The notes under the pieces are model-generated. The model ran no database searches. It was not told the origin of the DNA and saw nothing but the letters and a program-made list of their open reading frames with translations. Shown piece after piece: positions 1-9,212 of a stretch of 64,000 nucleotides of DNA. A program made the translations under genes and the position numbers. The stretch is from an uncultured Actinomycetes bacterium. Its GTDB lineage: Bacteria; Actinomycetota; UBA4738; HRBIN12. The stretch spans positions 141,751 to 205,750 of the forward strand of contig CAWEOB010000001.1 of assembly GCA_963810635.1 (NCBI GenBank). Reading direction: 5' to 3'. Numbering within the stretch: position 1 is the first letter of the stretch; each line of letters opens with the position of its first letter.

Positions 1-2
1 GG

Positions 3-371
3 TTGGCGACGGACACTCGCGCCATGACACGGCCATCGCTGCCAGATCCGCCCGCTCCCAACCATGCACGAGCCCGCGCGCGACGCGGCGCTGCACGGAC
101 CCGGGGCACCCGAACGGTGTCACGGATAACACGCTGGGCCATCGCCGGATCCGTGGCCCTCACGGGAGCCGTGTCGGCGGTGGCAGCAACGACCTTCTCT
201 GGACACCGTGCCGACGCGAGCGTCGCGGGGGCCTCCGGGACCGCGACGCAGCAGGGACCGGGGGCAGTCGTGGCCCTCCCGCCCGCGGATCGCGGCGGCG
301 CGCCCGCTCCTCCCCTCCAGCCCCCGATCGCCGCCCCCGGGCCGGCCCAAGTGGGTTCCGGAGGCTCCTGA
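3..371 (+). CDS. hypothetical Pro/Ala-rich membrane-anchored protein (5' end uncertain)
   Basis: ORF 3..371. One hydrophobic helix (WAIAGSVALTGAVSAVAATTF) is followed by a Pro/Ala/Gly-rich tail. Its TGA overlaps the apbE ATG (TGATG at 369-373). The start could be TTG at 3, ATG at 24, or upstream of the window. Confidence 0.4.
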   Translation: MATDTRAMTRPSLPDPPAPNHARARARRGAARTRGTRTVSRITRWAIAGSVALTGAVSAVAATTFSGHRADASVAGASGTATQQGPGAVVALPPADRGGAPAPPLQPPIAAPGPAQVGSGGS

Positions 372-1288
372 TGCTCGGACCGGGCTCGATCACGTTCGAG
401 GCGCTCGGCACGAGCGCCTCGGTCGTGACCGCCGACGCCGGCCGGCTCCCGGCGGCCGTCGACGCGGTCCGCCGGGAGGTATCCGAGATCGATCTCGCGT
501 GCAGTCGGTTCCGTGACGACTCGGACCTCGCTCGGCTCCACCGGGCTCGCGGACGGTGGACGTCCGTAGGTCCTCTGCTCTTCGAGGCGATCGAGGTCGC
601 CCTCGGCGCGGCGCTCGCCACGGGCGGTATGGTCGATCCCACGGTCGGCGAGGCCGTGATCCGTTCGGGCTACGACCGCGACTTCCGAGACCTCGTCCGG
701 GACGGTCCGGCGTTCGAGCCGGTGCCCTGCCCAGGGTGGCACGTCGTAGGGATCGACCCTGCTCGTTGGGCGGTGTACCTGCCCAGCGGGGTCTCGCTCG
801 ACCTCGGTGCGACGGCGAAGGCGCTGGCCGCCGATCGCGCAGCGTCGAGCGCTGCGAGCTCGGCGGGCTGCGGTGTGCTCGTGTCGCTTGGCGGGGATCT
901 CGCTGCGATGGGCGACGCACCCCCGGGCGGGTGGACCGTCTCGATCGCGGACGATCACGGCGGCCCTGCGAACCCGGGCGACACCGTGGCGATCTCGGGA
1001 GGCGGGCTCGCGACCTCGAGCACGACCGTGCGACGGTGGCAACGGGCCGGCACCGCCGTGCATCACGTCATCGATCCCCGGACGGGTGGACCGGCGTCGG
1101 AGGTCTGGCGGACGGTCTCGGTCGCCTCCGCGGATTGCGTCGGTGCGAACACCGCCACCACCGCGGCCCTCGTGCTCGGCGATGAAGCGGTCGGCTGGCT
1201 GCGCGACCGCGGGCTTCCCGCCCGCCTGGTACGCCGTGACGGCAGTGCCATCCGTGTCTGCGACTGGCCCGAGGAACAGGCAGCATGA
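371..1288 (+). CDS. apbE: FAD:protein FMN transferase (ApbE family)
   Basis: 305-aa ORF with ApbE-like blocks (SLDLGATAKALAADRAA; GGLATSSTTVRRW; HHVIDPRTG). It overlaps both neighbours (TGATG at 369-373, ATGA at 1285-1288). Confidence 0.85.
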   Translation: MLGPGSITFEALGTSASVVTADAGRLPAAVDAVRREVSEIDLACSRFRDDSDLARLHRARGRWTSVGPLLFEAIEVALGAALATGGMVDPTVGEAVIRSGYDRDFRDLVRDGPAFEPVPCPGWHVVGIDPARWAVYLPSGVSLDLGATAKALAADRAASSAASSAGCGVLVSLGGDLAAMGDAPPGGWTVSIADDHGGPANPGDTVAISGGGLATSSTTVRRWQRAGTAVHHVIDPRTGGPASEVWRTVSVASADCVGANTATTAALVLGDEAVGWLRDRGLPARLVRRDGSAIRVCDWPEEQAA

Positions 1289-2349
1289 TCGCCGTCACCT
1301 CACCTGCCGCTCTGTGGTACCTGACCCGAGGGACCGGGGTCGTCTCGATGCTCCTGCTGACCGCGGTGGTCGTCGTGGGCATCGCGAACGTCGGACGGTG
1401 GACCGCGGGCGACACCCCCCGGTTCGTGATCCAGCGGATCCACAGGAACCTGTCGCTCATGGTGCTGGTGTTCATCGCGCTGCACGTGGTCACCGCGGTG
1501 CTCGACGCGTTCGCCCCCATCCGCTGGCTCGACGCCGTCGTTCCTTTCGGCTCGGCCTATCGGGCGATCTGGCTCGGCCTCGGGGCGCTGGCGTTCGACG
1601 TCCTGCTCGCGGTCGCGATCACGAGCCTCGTGCGAGCGCGCCTCGGGTATCGAGCCTGGCGAGCGGTCCACTGGACCGCGTACGGCACCTGGGTCGCCGT
1701 CGTCCTGCACGCCGCCGGTGCCGGGAGCGACGCGGGTCAACCGTGGATGCTGGCCCTCGTGGGACTCTCCACCGTCGCCGTCCTCGCCGCGGTCGGTTGG
1801 CGGGTCGCGGCGGGATGGACGGGGTGGGATCCTGCGCGCGTCCTCCTCGTGGCGGGCGCGGTCCTCGTCCCGCCGGCGCTCGCCCTGTGGATGATCGTCG
1901 GCCCTCTCCGTCCCGGATGGGCCGCCCGTGCCGGAACACCCGCCGAGCTCCTCACCACGAACGTCGCCCAGGCACCGGCCACCGTGGCCAGGCTGGTGCT
2001 GCCCTCGCAGGCCTCGTTCTCCGGCTCGGCGACGGTCGACGGCGCGACCCTGACGACCGTGGCCAGGACGAGCGACGCCGACCCGTTGTCGCTCCGCATC
2101 GTGCTCGACGGGCAGAGCTCCGACGCCGGCTTCCTCGTGAACTCCGGGAGCGTGCGCCTCGCTCCGCCGGAAGGCGCCGCCGCGTACCGGGGAGCGCTCC
2201 TCGGCCTGGACGAGGGCACCCTCACCGCACGGCTCTCCGACGGCCACGGCGACGTGATCGACGTCCAGGTCGCCATGTCGGTCGGACCGTCGGGCGACGT
2301 GGCCGGGCAACTCGTGATCGGTGCGGTCCAGAGCGGAGGTTTCGCGTGA
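1285..2349 (+). CDS. ferric-reductase-like (MsrQ/YedZ-type) transmembrane protein with a C-terminal soluble domain
   Basis: 354-aa ORF. The N-terminal ~200 aa has multiple TM helices with conserved His residues (RIHRNLSLMVLVFIALHVV; WRAVHWTAYGTWVAVVLHA). The last ~150 aa are non-hydrophobic. Its stop overlaps the next gene's GTG (GTGA at 2346-2349). Confidence 0.7.
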   Translation: MIAVTSPAALWYLTRGTGVVSMLLLTAVVVVGIANVGRWTAGDTPRFVIQRIHRNLSLMVLVFIALHVVTAVLDAFAPIRWLDAVVPFGSAYRAIWLGLGALAFDVLLAVAITSLVRARLGYRAWRAVHWTAYGTWVAVVLHAAGAGSDAGQPWMLALVGLSTVAVLAAVGWRVAAGWTGWDPARVLLVAGAVLVPPALALWMIVGPLRPGWAARAGTPAELLTTNVAQAPATVARLVLPSQASFSGSATVDGATLTTVARTSDADPLSLRIVLDGQSSDAGFLVNSGSVRLAPPEGAAAYRGALLGLDEGTLTARLSDGHGDVIDVQVAMSVGPSGDVAGQLVIGAVQSGGFA

Positions 2350-3638
2350 CCTCGCTCCCGCCTCCTCCGACCCTCTCCGCTTCCTCGGATCGGCTGGCCG
2401 CGCATCTGCGGTCCAGGCGAGCGGTCTCGCTGGAGGAGCACCGAGCATCCTTCCCCGCGCCGCCCTCACCCACGAGAGCCCGCCACGATCTCATCGACCT
2501 GGCGGATGGAGCGGGGCTCCGCGGGCGCGGCGGTGCCGCCTTCCCGACGGCGATCAAGATGCGTGCCGTGGCGAGCGGACGTCGCCGCCCCCTCGTCGTG
2601 GTCAACGGGAGCGAGAGCGAGCCCGCCAGCAGGAAGGACGCCGCCTTGCTGACCTCGGCCCCCCACCTCGTGCTGGACGGCGCAGCCGTCGCCGCCGCGG
2701 CGGTCGGCGCCGACGAAGCGATCGTCGGGGTCAAGGCAACCGCGGTCACGGCGCGGCGCGCGATCGAGCTCGCGATCAGGGAACGCGTTCGATCGGAACA
2801 ATCGGGTCTGCGGATCACGGCGGTCGATGTCCCGGCGACGTACGTCGCCGGCGAAGAGCGTTCGCTCGTGCACCTGCTCGACGGCGGGCAGGCGACCCCG
2901 ACGGCGGGACCGAGACCCTTCGAGCGTGGGGTCCGTGGCCGTCCCACGCTCGTCGACAACGTGGAGACGCTCGCACACCTCGCACTCATCGCTCGTTCGG
3001 GTGCAGCGTGGTTCCGAGCGATCGGGACACCCGAGATGCCGGGGTCGATGCTGATCACCGTGTCGGGTGGGGTCGCACGTCCGGGGATCTACGAGATCCC
3101 CGTCGGAGCTCCACTGACCGATCTGCTCCGCACGGCCGGAGGAACACCGGGAGGGGTCGCGAGCGTGCTCGTCGGCGGGTACTCGGGAGCCTGGCTCGAG
3201 CCCGCCCGACTCGACACCGTCACCCTCGACCCGGCCGGCCTGGCCGCGGCCGGCGGGATCCTCGGTGCGGGCGTGGTCGCGGTGCTCCCGGCGCAGGCGT
3301 GCGGCTGGAGCGAGACGTCGGCCGTGGTCGGATGGCTCGCGGGGCAGACCGCAGGGCAGTGCGGACCGTGCGTGCACGGACTCGCCGCGATCGCCGGCGC
3401 CACGCAGCAGGTGAAGGCGGGGCGCGGCGGCGAGGCAGCCCTCGCGCGGCTGACCCGCTGGTCGGGCCAGGTCAAGGGGCGAGGTGCCTGTCGGTTCCCC
3501 GACGGCGCCGTTCGACTCCTCGAGAGCGCGCTCGAGGTGTTCCACGATGACGTCCGTGCCCACCTGCGGGGAGCGCCGTGCGCCGGATCGCGATCGACCC
3601 CGCTGCTCCCGATCCCAGGGGTCAGGAGAGCGGCATGA
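2346..3638 (+). CDS. NuoF-like protein (NADH-ubiquinone oxidoreductase-F iron-sulfur binding region family)
   Basis: This is the 3' 431 codons of track ORF 807..3638, starting at GTG 2346. It carries the GRGGAAFPT nucleotide/FMN-site motif, a soluble-ligand-binding-like middle region, and C-terminal Cys motifs (GQCGPCVHG; RGACRFPDG). Confidence 0.8.
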   Translation: MTSLPPPPTLSASSDRLAAHLRSRRAVSLEEHRASFPAPPSPTRARHDLIDLADGAGLRGRGGAAFPTAIKMRAVASGRRRPLVVVNGSESEPASRKDAALLTSAPHLVLDGAAVAAAAVGADEAIVGVKATAVTARRAIELAIRERVRSEQSGLRITAVDVPATYVAGEERSLVHLLDGGQATPTAGPRPFERGVRGRPTLVDNVETLAHLALIARSGAAWFRAIGTPEMPGSMLITVSGGVARPGIYEIPVGAPLTDLLRTAGGTPGGVASVLVGGYSGAWLEPARLDTVTLDPAGLAAAGGILGAGVVAVLPAQACGWSETSAVVGWLAGQTAGQCGPCVHGLAAIAGATQQVKAGRGGEAALARLTRWSGQVKGRGACRFPDGAVRLLESALEVFHDDVRAHLRGAPCAGSRSTPLLPIPGVRRAA

Positions 3639-3889
3639 ATCCAAGGCGCAGACTGCGCGTTGACCCGATCGCCTGTACGGGGCACGGGATCTGTGCCGAG
3701 CTGTTCCCCGAGGTCATCGAGCTCGACGATTGGGGGTACCCCATCATCGACGAGAGCCCGATCCCACGTGAGCTCCTTCCGCTCGCCCGTCGCGTGCTGG
3801 ATGCGTGCCCGGCTCTCGCTCTCCATCTCGAGACGACTCGACCCGAACAAGCTCCACCGGCGCGCACCACGTCCGCTGGCGCACCCTGA
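3635..3889 (+). CDS. small ferredoxin (single-cluster type)
   Basis: ATG at 3635 is preceded by GGAGAG and overlaps the upstream stop. The sequence 'VDPIACTGHGICAELFPEVIELDDWGYP...LDACPALAL' is typical of actinobacterial 3Fe/4Fe ferredoxins. Confidence 0.7.
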   Translation: MNPRRRLRVDPIACTGHGICAELFPEVIELDDWGYPIIDESPIPRELLPLARRVLDACPALALHLETTRPEQAPPARTTSAGAP

Positions 3890-3900
3890 CGGCGACGACC

Positions 3901-4794
3901 TCACAGCTCCGCGAGGACGCTCGCGACCCACGCCTCGAACCGCGAGCGATCGTGGCCCTCGAGATCGTTCCGGTGAGGGAGATCGATCGTGGCGTCGGCC
4001 GCATCGCGGAGGTCCCAATACGGGTGGCGATCGTCCGGATCGCCGCCGACCGCGCGATAGGCCTCCAGGAACCGACGCTCGCTGGCCGGACCGACCTCCT
4101 CGACGAGGTTGAGCCGCATCCGAGCGAGATCGATCCCTGGAGGGCCCCAGGCTGCGGTCGGCCAATCGATGACGGCGACGACGCGATCGTCCTCCACGAG
4201 CGTGTTGCCCTGGTGATAGTCACGATGGATGAAGCACTCGCGGGTCGCCGGCGCTCCGGCTTCGAGCACCTCGAGCACGCGCTCCCACAACCTTGGCCGG
4301 CTGGTCCAACGTGGAGGTCGGAGCTCGATGCCGTCAGCGACCGCATAGGGGATGTAGTCGGGGAGCGCTTCGGGACGGCTCTGAGCGAACGCATGGATCC
4401 GCACCAGGGTCTCTGCAGCCGACCGCAGATAGCCGTCGACGTCGCGTGGATCCGCCGGCTCGCCCGGCACCCACGATTCCAGCACCGCGGGGACATCGCA
4501 GACGGTCCCCGCGAGATCGGCGCCGTAGAGATGCGGCGCCGGGATGTCCGAGCCCTCGAGCAGCTCGAGAGCTCGCACCTCGTTCGCCGGGTCGTAGCAC
4601 GGGTCGACACCGAGGTGGTCGGGGTCCGTGTAGCGACGGAGGACGAGTCGATGCTCGGCACCGTCCACCGCTTCGACCAGCACGTCGTGCATCTCGACCG
4701 ACCACTCGGGCATCTCGCGGACGGATCGCACCCGAGAGCCCGGACCGACCGTCGCCTCGACCCAACCCAGGACGGATGTCGACAGACCGGCCAT
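3901..4794 (-). CDS. aminoglycoside/phosphotransferase-family kinase (APH-like)
   Basis: 297-aa ORF with an APH catalytic loop (FIHRDYHQGNTLV) and the metal-binding segment VIDWPTAAWGPPGIDLA. Confidence 0.8.
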   Translation of the reverse strand: MAGLSTSVLGWVEATVGPGSRVRSVREMPEWSVEMHDVLVEAVDGAEHRLVLRRYTDPDHLGVDPCYDPANEVRALELLEGSDIPAPHLYGADLAGTVCDVPAVLESWVPGEPADPRDVDGYLRSAAETLVRIHAFAQSRPEALPDYIPYAVADGIELRPPRWTSRPRLWERVLEVLEAGAPATRECFIHRDYHQGNTLVEDDRVVAVIDWPTAAWGPPGIDLARMRLNLVEEVGPASERRFLEAYRAVGGDPDDRHPYWDLRDAADATIDLPHRNDLEGHDRSRFEAWVASVLAEL

Positions 4795-4822
4795 CGATCA
4801 CGAGCCCGAACCGCGCCGGACG

Positions 4823-5503
4823 CTAGGCGGAGTGGTAGCCGACGACCTTCACCTTCCACACGACGGCGAAGGCGTACTCCCCCTCGATGAACACGCGCAT
4901 GACGATCCGGTGCCGACCGACCGCCATCGGACGGACGATGTAGAAGACGCCCTTGCTGACCGACTTCGACGGGCCCGGCACCGCGCCCCAGATGTTGTCC
5001 TCCGGGAAGTCGATGATCTCGCCGGGGGTCACGAACGTCCAACGACGCGGCTGCCGCACGAGCTCGCCGTCGATCCGCAACGTGGTGCGGAAGGCCGGCG
5101 GCGCGAAATCGATGTCGTAGTTCTCGATCGCGCAGGTCCGCAACTCGTGGAACGTGTCCCCTAGTCCTTCGGCGGTGGAGCACTCCCAGCCCGGGCCACC
5201 GAACGCGAACGCTTGTCCGGCGCGTGCTCTGCATCCGTCGCCCGAACCGAACGGCCCACCGAACACGACAGGGCCTCGTGACGCGCAGTTCCTCGGAGCC
5301 TCAGGGTCGATGGCGGGGTTCACCGGTGTCGGGATCGAGTTCCACCACACCTGGTAGCCGCTGAACCACTCCGGGTACGTCATCCCGTACGGTCGGGACA
5401 GCGGCGGGAAGACCCTGTCACCGAGGTGGGGGTGTGCCGAGACCGATGTGGCCGGCACCACCAGCAAGGCGAGGCAGACGACGCCGAGCAACGCTCTCTT
5501 CAT
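4823..5503 (-). CDS. secreted hypothetical protein
   Basis: 226-aa ORF with a clear Sec signal peptide (MKRALLGVVCLALLVVPATSVSA/HP). I recognise no family. Confidence 0.6.
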   Translation of the reverse strand: MKRALLGVVCLALLVVPATSVSAHPHLGDRVFPPLSRPYGMTYPEWFSGYQVWWNSIPTPVNPAIDPEAPRNCASRGPVVFGGPFGSGDGCRARAGQAFAFGGPGWECSTAEGLGDTFHELRTCAIENYDIDFAPPAFRTTLRIDGELVRQPRRWTFVTPGEIIDFPEDNIWGAVPGPSKSVSKGVFYIVRPMAVGRHRIVMRVFIEGEYAFAVVWKVKVVGYHSA

Positions 5504-5661
5504 GACCCATCCTCCTCGCGGGCACGAAGGGCATCGACCTGGCTGTCACGGGTCTCGCGGGACCGGGACCCCTGTTCGTGGCGAGCCTACGTGGAGGTCG
5601 CGACGAAGCGCAAGCCGTAGCATCCTCCCGGCGACACACCCCAGACAGGGAGCCAGCGACG

Positions 5662-6366
5662 ATGGATGAGGCAACGCGAGCCGGCGACGACGCGGGGAAC
5701 CCTCGTTCCGACGCGTCGCGGCCCGAACGTCGCTGGCCGATGGCGCTTGCGGTGCTCGGAGCGATCGCCCTCCAAGTGGGGGTGCCGCACCGGGGACGCC
5801 TCCAAGGGTGGTGGGTCTTCCCGATTCTCGAAACGATCCTGCTCGTGGTCGTCATCGTCCGCGACCCCGGAAGGATCGACCGTCGCACCCGAGCCGCGCG
5901 ACGGTCCACCATCGCGCTCATCGCGGTCATGACCATCGGCACGATGGCGGGGGTCACCCTCCTCATCTACGACATCTTGACGTTCGGGAACCCAGGAACC
6001 GATCAAGGGATCAACGCCACGGACCTCCTGGGGCGCGGCGCCGCCATCTGGTTCACCAACGTGATCGTGTTCAGCCTCTGGTACTGGGAGCTGGACCGTG
6101 GCGGGCCTGCGGAACGAGCCGCCGGCTCCGGCGTTCCTCCGAGCTTCGCGTTCCCGGAGAACGCCATGCCGGAGTTCGCGCAGGCCGGCTGGCAGCCGAG
6201 GTACCCGGACTACCTCTATCTCGCCTTCACCAACGCCACCGCGTTCAGCCCGACGGATACCCTGCCGGTCAAGACGTGGGCGAAGATGACCATGCTCGTA
6301 CAGTCCGCGGTGTCGTTGGTGACCGCGATCCTGGTCATCGCCTGGTCGATCAACGATCTCGGCTAG
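5662..6366 (+). CDS. DUF1345-like integral membrane protein
   Basis: Part of track ORF 5578..6366; I prefer the ATG at 5662 (MDEATR). It has 4-5 TM helices and a C-terminal 'YLAFTNATAFSPTD' segment resembling DUF1345. The family call is from memory. Confidence 0.5.
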   Translation: MDEATRAGDDAGNPRSDASRPERRWPMALAVLGAIALQVGVPHRGRLQGWWVFPILETILLVVVIVRDPGRIDRRTRAARRSTIALIAVMTIGTMAGVTLLIYDILTFGNPGTDQGINATDLLGRGAAIWFTNVIVFSLWYWELDRGGPAERAAGSGVPPSFAFPENAMPEFAQAGWQPRYPDYLYLAFTNATAFSPTDTLPVKTWAKMTMLVQSAVSLVTAILVIAWSINDLG

Positions 6367-6373
6367 GGCCCTG

Positions 6374-7005
6374 ATGGCGGACGAGCAGCGGCCGCGCTGG
6401 CAGACGTTCATCGAGATCGCCGAGGTCGCCGTGCTCGCCATCGTGGCCATCGCGACGGCGTGGAGCGGCTACCAAGCAACACAGTGGGGCGGCCGGCAAG
6501 CGGTCCTCTACGGGCAGGCGTCGAGCACCCGGTTCCAGGCGGATGCTGCCTCCACCCTCGGGGGCCAACAGCTCGTGGCGGACTCGGCCATCTTCACCGC
6601 GTGGCTCGAAGCCCGGCAGGCCAGCGATGAGGACCTCGAAGCCCTGCTCGTCCGGCGGTTCAGCCCCGACTACCGGGAGGCCTTCCACGCGTGGCTGGGA
6701 ACGGATCCTTTCGAGGATCCTCGGCGCCGCCGGGGCCGGGCTACATGCCCGGCTTCACGAACCCGAACCTCGAAGAGGCGAAGAGGCTGAACGCCCAGGC
6801 ATCGGCCGCCTTCGCAGAAGGCACGGACGCGCGCGAGACCGCGAACAAGTACGTCCGCGGCACGGTCCTGTTCGCCTCGGTGCTGTTCTTCGTCGCGATC
6901 GCGCAGCGTTTCACGATCCGCGGCGTGCGGCTCGGAGCCAACGCGCTCGCGCTGGTGCTCCTGCTCTACACGCTCTCCACGCTGGTGACGCTCCCGAGGT
7001 TCTAG
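6374..7005 (+). CDS. hypothetical membrane protein (one frameshift as sequenced, near 6720)
   Basis: Track ORFs 6374..6790 and 6691..7005 join into one protein (...GTDPFEDP | SAPPGPGYMPGFTNP...) if 1 nt is restored near 6718-6724. There is a TM helix at each end. Confidence 0.5.
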
Positions 7006-7010
7006 CGCCG

Positions 7011-7968
7011 TCACTCCATCACGATCACGAGCTTGCCCAACGTGTGCTCGATCGGTGAGGCCGGCGAGCGCTCGGGCAGCGTCCGCGAGCGGATAGGTCC
7101 GCCGGACCGCGGGTCGGAGGCGCCCGTCGACCACCATCGAAGCCAGCTCAGCCAAGTGCGAGGGATCGCTGCCGACGTTCGCGACGCTCACTCCCCCGAT
7201 CTCGGTGACCTCACCAGCACCGCCGAGAGCCGATGCGGCTCGCCCTCCCTCGCGGACGAGGGCCGCGAGGTCCGCGAACACGCTCGGATCACGGTTGACG
7301 AGATCGATCAAGCCGTCGACACCGTGCGGGTAGCGGTCGCGAACGTCGGCTGCGAGGTCGCCCGTGTAGTCAACCGTCTCCGCCGCACCCAGCTCGGTGA
7401 CGAACCCTTCATCCCCGGGCCTGACCGATGCGATCACGTGCGCGCCGCGAGCAGCCGCCAATTGGACCGCGAAGGTCCCCACGCCGCCGGTGGCCCCCAC
7501 CACGACGATCGTCGCGCCCTCGGCGGGATCGAGCACGGTGATCGCGGTCATCGCCGTGGTGCCGGCGACCCCGAGCGTCGCGGCCGCGGCGTCGTCGAGC
7601 CCGTCCTGCGTGCGGGCGATCGAGGGGGCCTGCGGTGTGGCCAGCTCACCGAACGTTCCGTCGTGGATCACGCCCTTCATGCCGAGCGTGCCGAACACGC
7701 GGTCACCCGGCGCGAATCCCTCGACCCCTTCACCGACACCCTCCACCACCCCGGCGACATCCATCCCTAGGACGGCCGGGAACACGTACTCCATGTACTC
7801 CTGCATCGCCCCCAGGGCCACGAAGGCGTCGTACGGGTTCACGGAGGCCGCGCGGACGCGGACGAGCACCTCGCCCGGTCCGACCTCCGGTGCCGGCACC
7901 TCGATCACCGCCGGTGGGTCGCCGAAGGACGTCACGGCGAATGCCTGCATCGATGCTGCATCGGACAT
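7011..7968 (-). CDS. zinc-type alcohol dehydrogenase / NADPH:quinone oxidoreductase family (one frameshift near 7050)
   Basis: ATG at 7968 preceded by GGAGGA. MDR-family blocks are present (GEVLVRVRAASVNPYD; VVGATGGVGTFAVQLA). The natural C-terminus 'EHTLGKLVIVME*' is in another frame, with its stop at 7011-7013. The length is 3n+1, which indicates a 1-nt insertion near 7050. Confidence 0.8.
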
Positions 7969-8041
7969 GACGGGTCCTCCTCGGTCGAGAGATGTCGCGC
8001 TCGTCCCGACGCTGGACGGCGGCGAGGTATTCCCACGTGGC

Positions 8042-9046
8042 CTAGGTGCGATCCGCGGATAGTTTCGCCAGTGCCGCCGTCCGGCTGCGAACACCGAGCT
8101 TGTCGTACACGTGTTCGAGGTGTTTGCGAACGGTGGCCCGCTCGATCCAGAGCCTCCCGGCGATCTCCGTGTTGGAGAGGCCGTCGGCCACACAGCGCAT
8201 CACCTCGCGTTCCCGAGAGGTGAGCAGCTCGAGACACGAGGGTGACTCACGGAGGAGGAGGGTCGAACCGTCTGCCAGTGCTTCGATGCGGAGGGCCCTG
8301 TCGTCGCTCGGGATGTCGAAGTGGGGCTCGCGGGCATCCTCGAACCAACCCGCGATCTCATCCGACAGGTGCTCTGAGGTCGTGCCGAAGTATCGCTGCA
8401 GCAACCGCTCAGCCGGAGGCGAGGCAAACTCGATCACATGGTTCGACGAGATGAAGAGCACGCCTTGCCCATCATCTCGTTCGAGAGCAGCCAGGGCCGC
8501 TTGCAGGTGCCGGCGTGCCTTCGCCCTCCGCCACAGCTCGCCGAGATGCGGCCGCAGCAACCACGCGAGACGGCGGTCTCGCTCATCGAAAGTCCGCTTA
8601 CACCGGTCGAAGGCGAAGCCCCCCCATCGGGGACCCTCTACGGAGATCCACATCCGATCGGTGATCCCCCAGCGGTCGAACTCATCGCCCCAATCGGACG
8701 CAGCCTCATCGATCCCCGAACGAGCGACCTCCTCGGACGCTATGAAGACGGCTGTCCCACACGAGTAGCTCGCCCGGTAACAGGGATCGGAAAGGAACTC
8801 GTTCCATCCGTCGTCGTCCATCTCGTCGGATACTCCCTCGGCATCGACCTCCGCGCTGCACGGGGTGTACGCGATCTCGATCCGCTGGGCGACGTCCATC
8901 TCCTCGTACCGCCCGAACTCACATCCGACGACGTCCACCAACCGATCCACGAGCGTCTGGGTGAACGGTGCCGGTCCCTCTTCGGCCTGGGCATCCTCGA
9001 GGAACCCCAGCACCGCTGCCAGGTCTGCAGCGCTGGTCGCCGTCAT
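8042..9046 (-). CDS. LuxR-family transcriptional regulator
   Basis: C-terminal LuxR/GerE HTH (LTSREREVMRCVADGLSNTEIAGRLWIERATVRKHLEHVYDKLGV). I prefer the start at ATG 9046 (MTATSAADL); the track ORF extends to 9130. Confidence 0.8.
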   Translation of the reverse strand: MTATSAADLAAVLGFLEDAQAEEGPAPFTQTLVDRLVDVVGCEFGRYEEMDVAQRIEIAYTPCSAEVDAEGVSDEMDDDGWNEFLSDPCYRASYSCGTAVFIASEEVARSGIDEAASDWGDEFDRWGITDRMWISVEGPRWGGFAFDRCKRTFDERDRRLAWLLRPHLGELWRRAKARRHLQAALAALERDDGQGVLFISSNHVIEFASPPAERLLQRYFGTTSEHLSDEIAGWFEDAREPHFDIPSDDRALRIEALADGSTLLLRESPSCLELLTSREREVMRCVADGLSNTEIAGRLWIERATVRKHLEHVYDKLGVRSRTAALAKLSADRT

Positions 9047-9212
9047 TGCGTCCTGAAGATACGCGCAAAGGCGAATGGACTCAACCGGACGTCTGCGCGA
9101 CCCTCGCCGGAAAGCGGGGCGGTCAGCCAACGCCTGAAGAAGAGGTCGACCCGAGCTAAGCGGATGCGCCCCGCCGCGCGTTCATGGTCCACGGAACGAG
9201 GAGGGAGATGTC

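Noticed and set aside
330-371. C-terminal ...VGSGGS of the first ORF as an ApbE flavinylation site
   Set aside because: It does not match the [ST]-G-A-[ST] consensus and is not preceded by the usual Asp. It is too weak to call.
807-3638. 943-aa ORF, the longest plus-strand ORF at the left end
   Set aside because: Only the last 431 codons (from GTG 2346) look like a real NuoF-like protein. The first ~510 codons are Arg/Pro-rich out-of-frame readthrough of apbE and the ferric-reductase-like gene.
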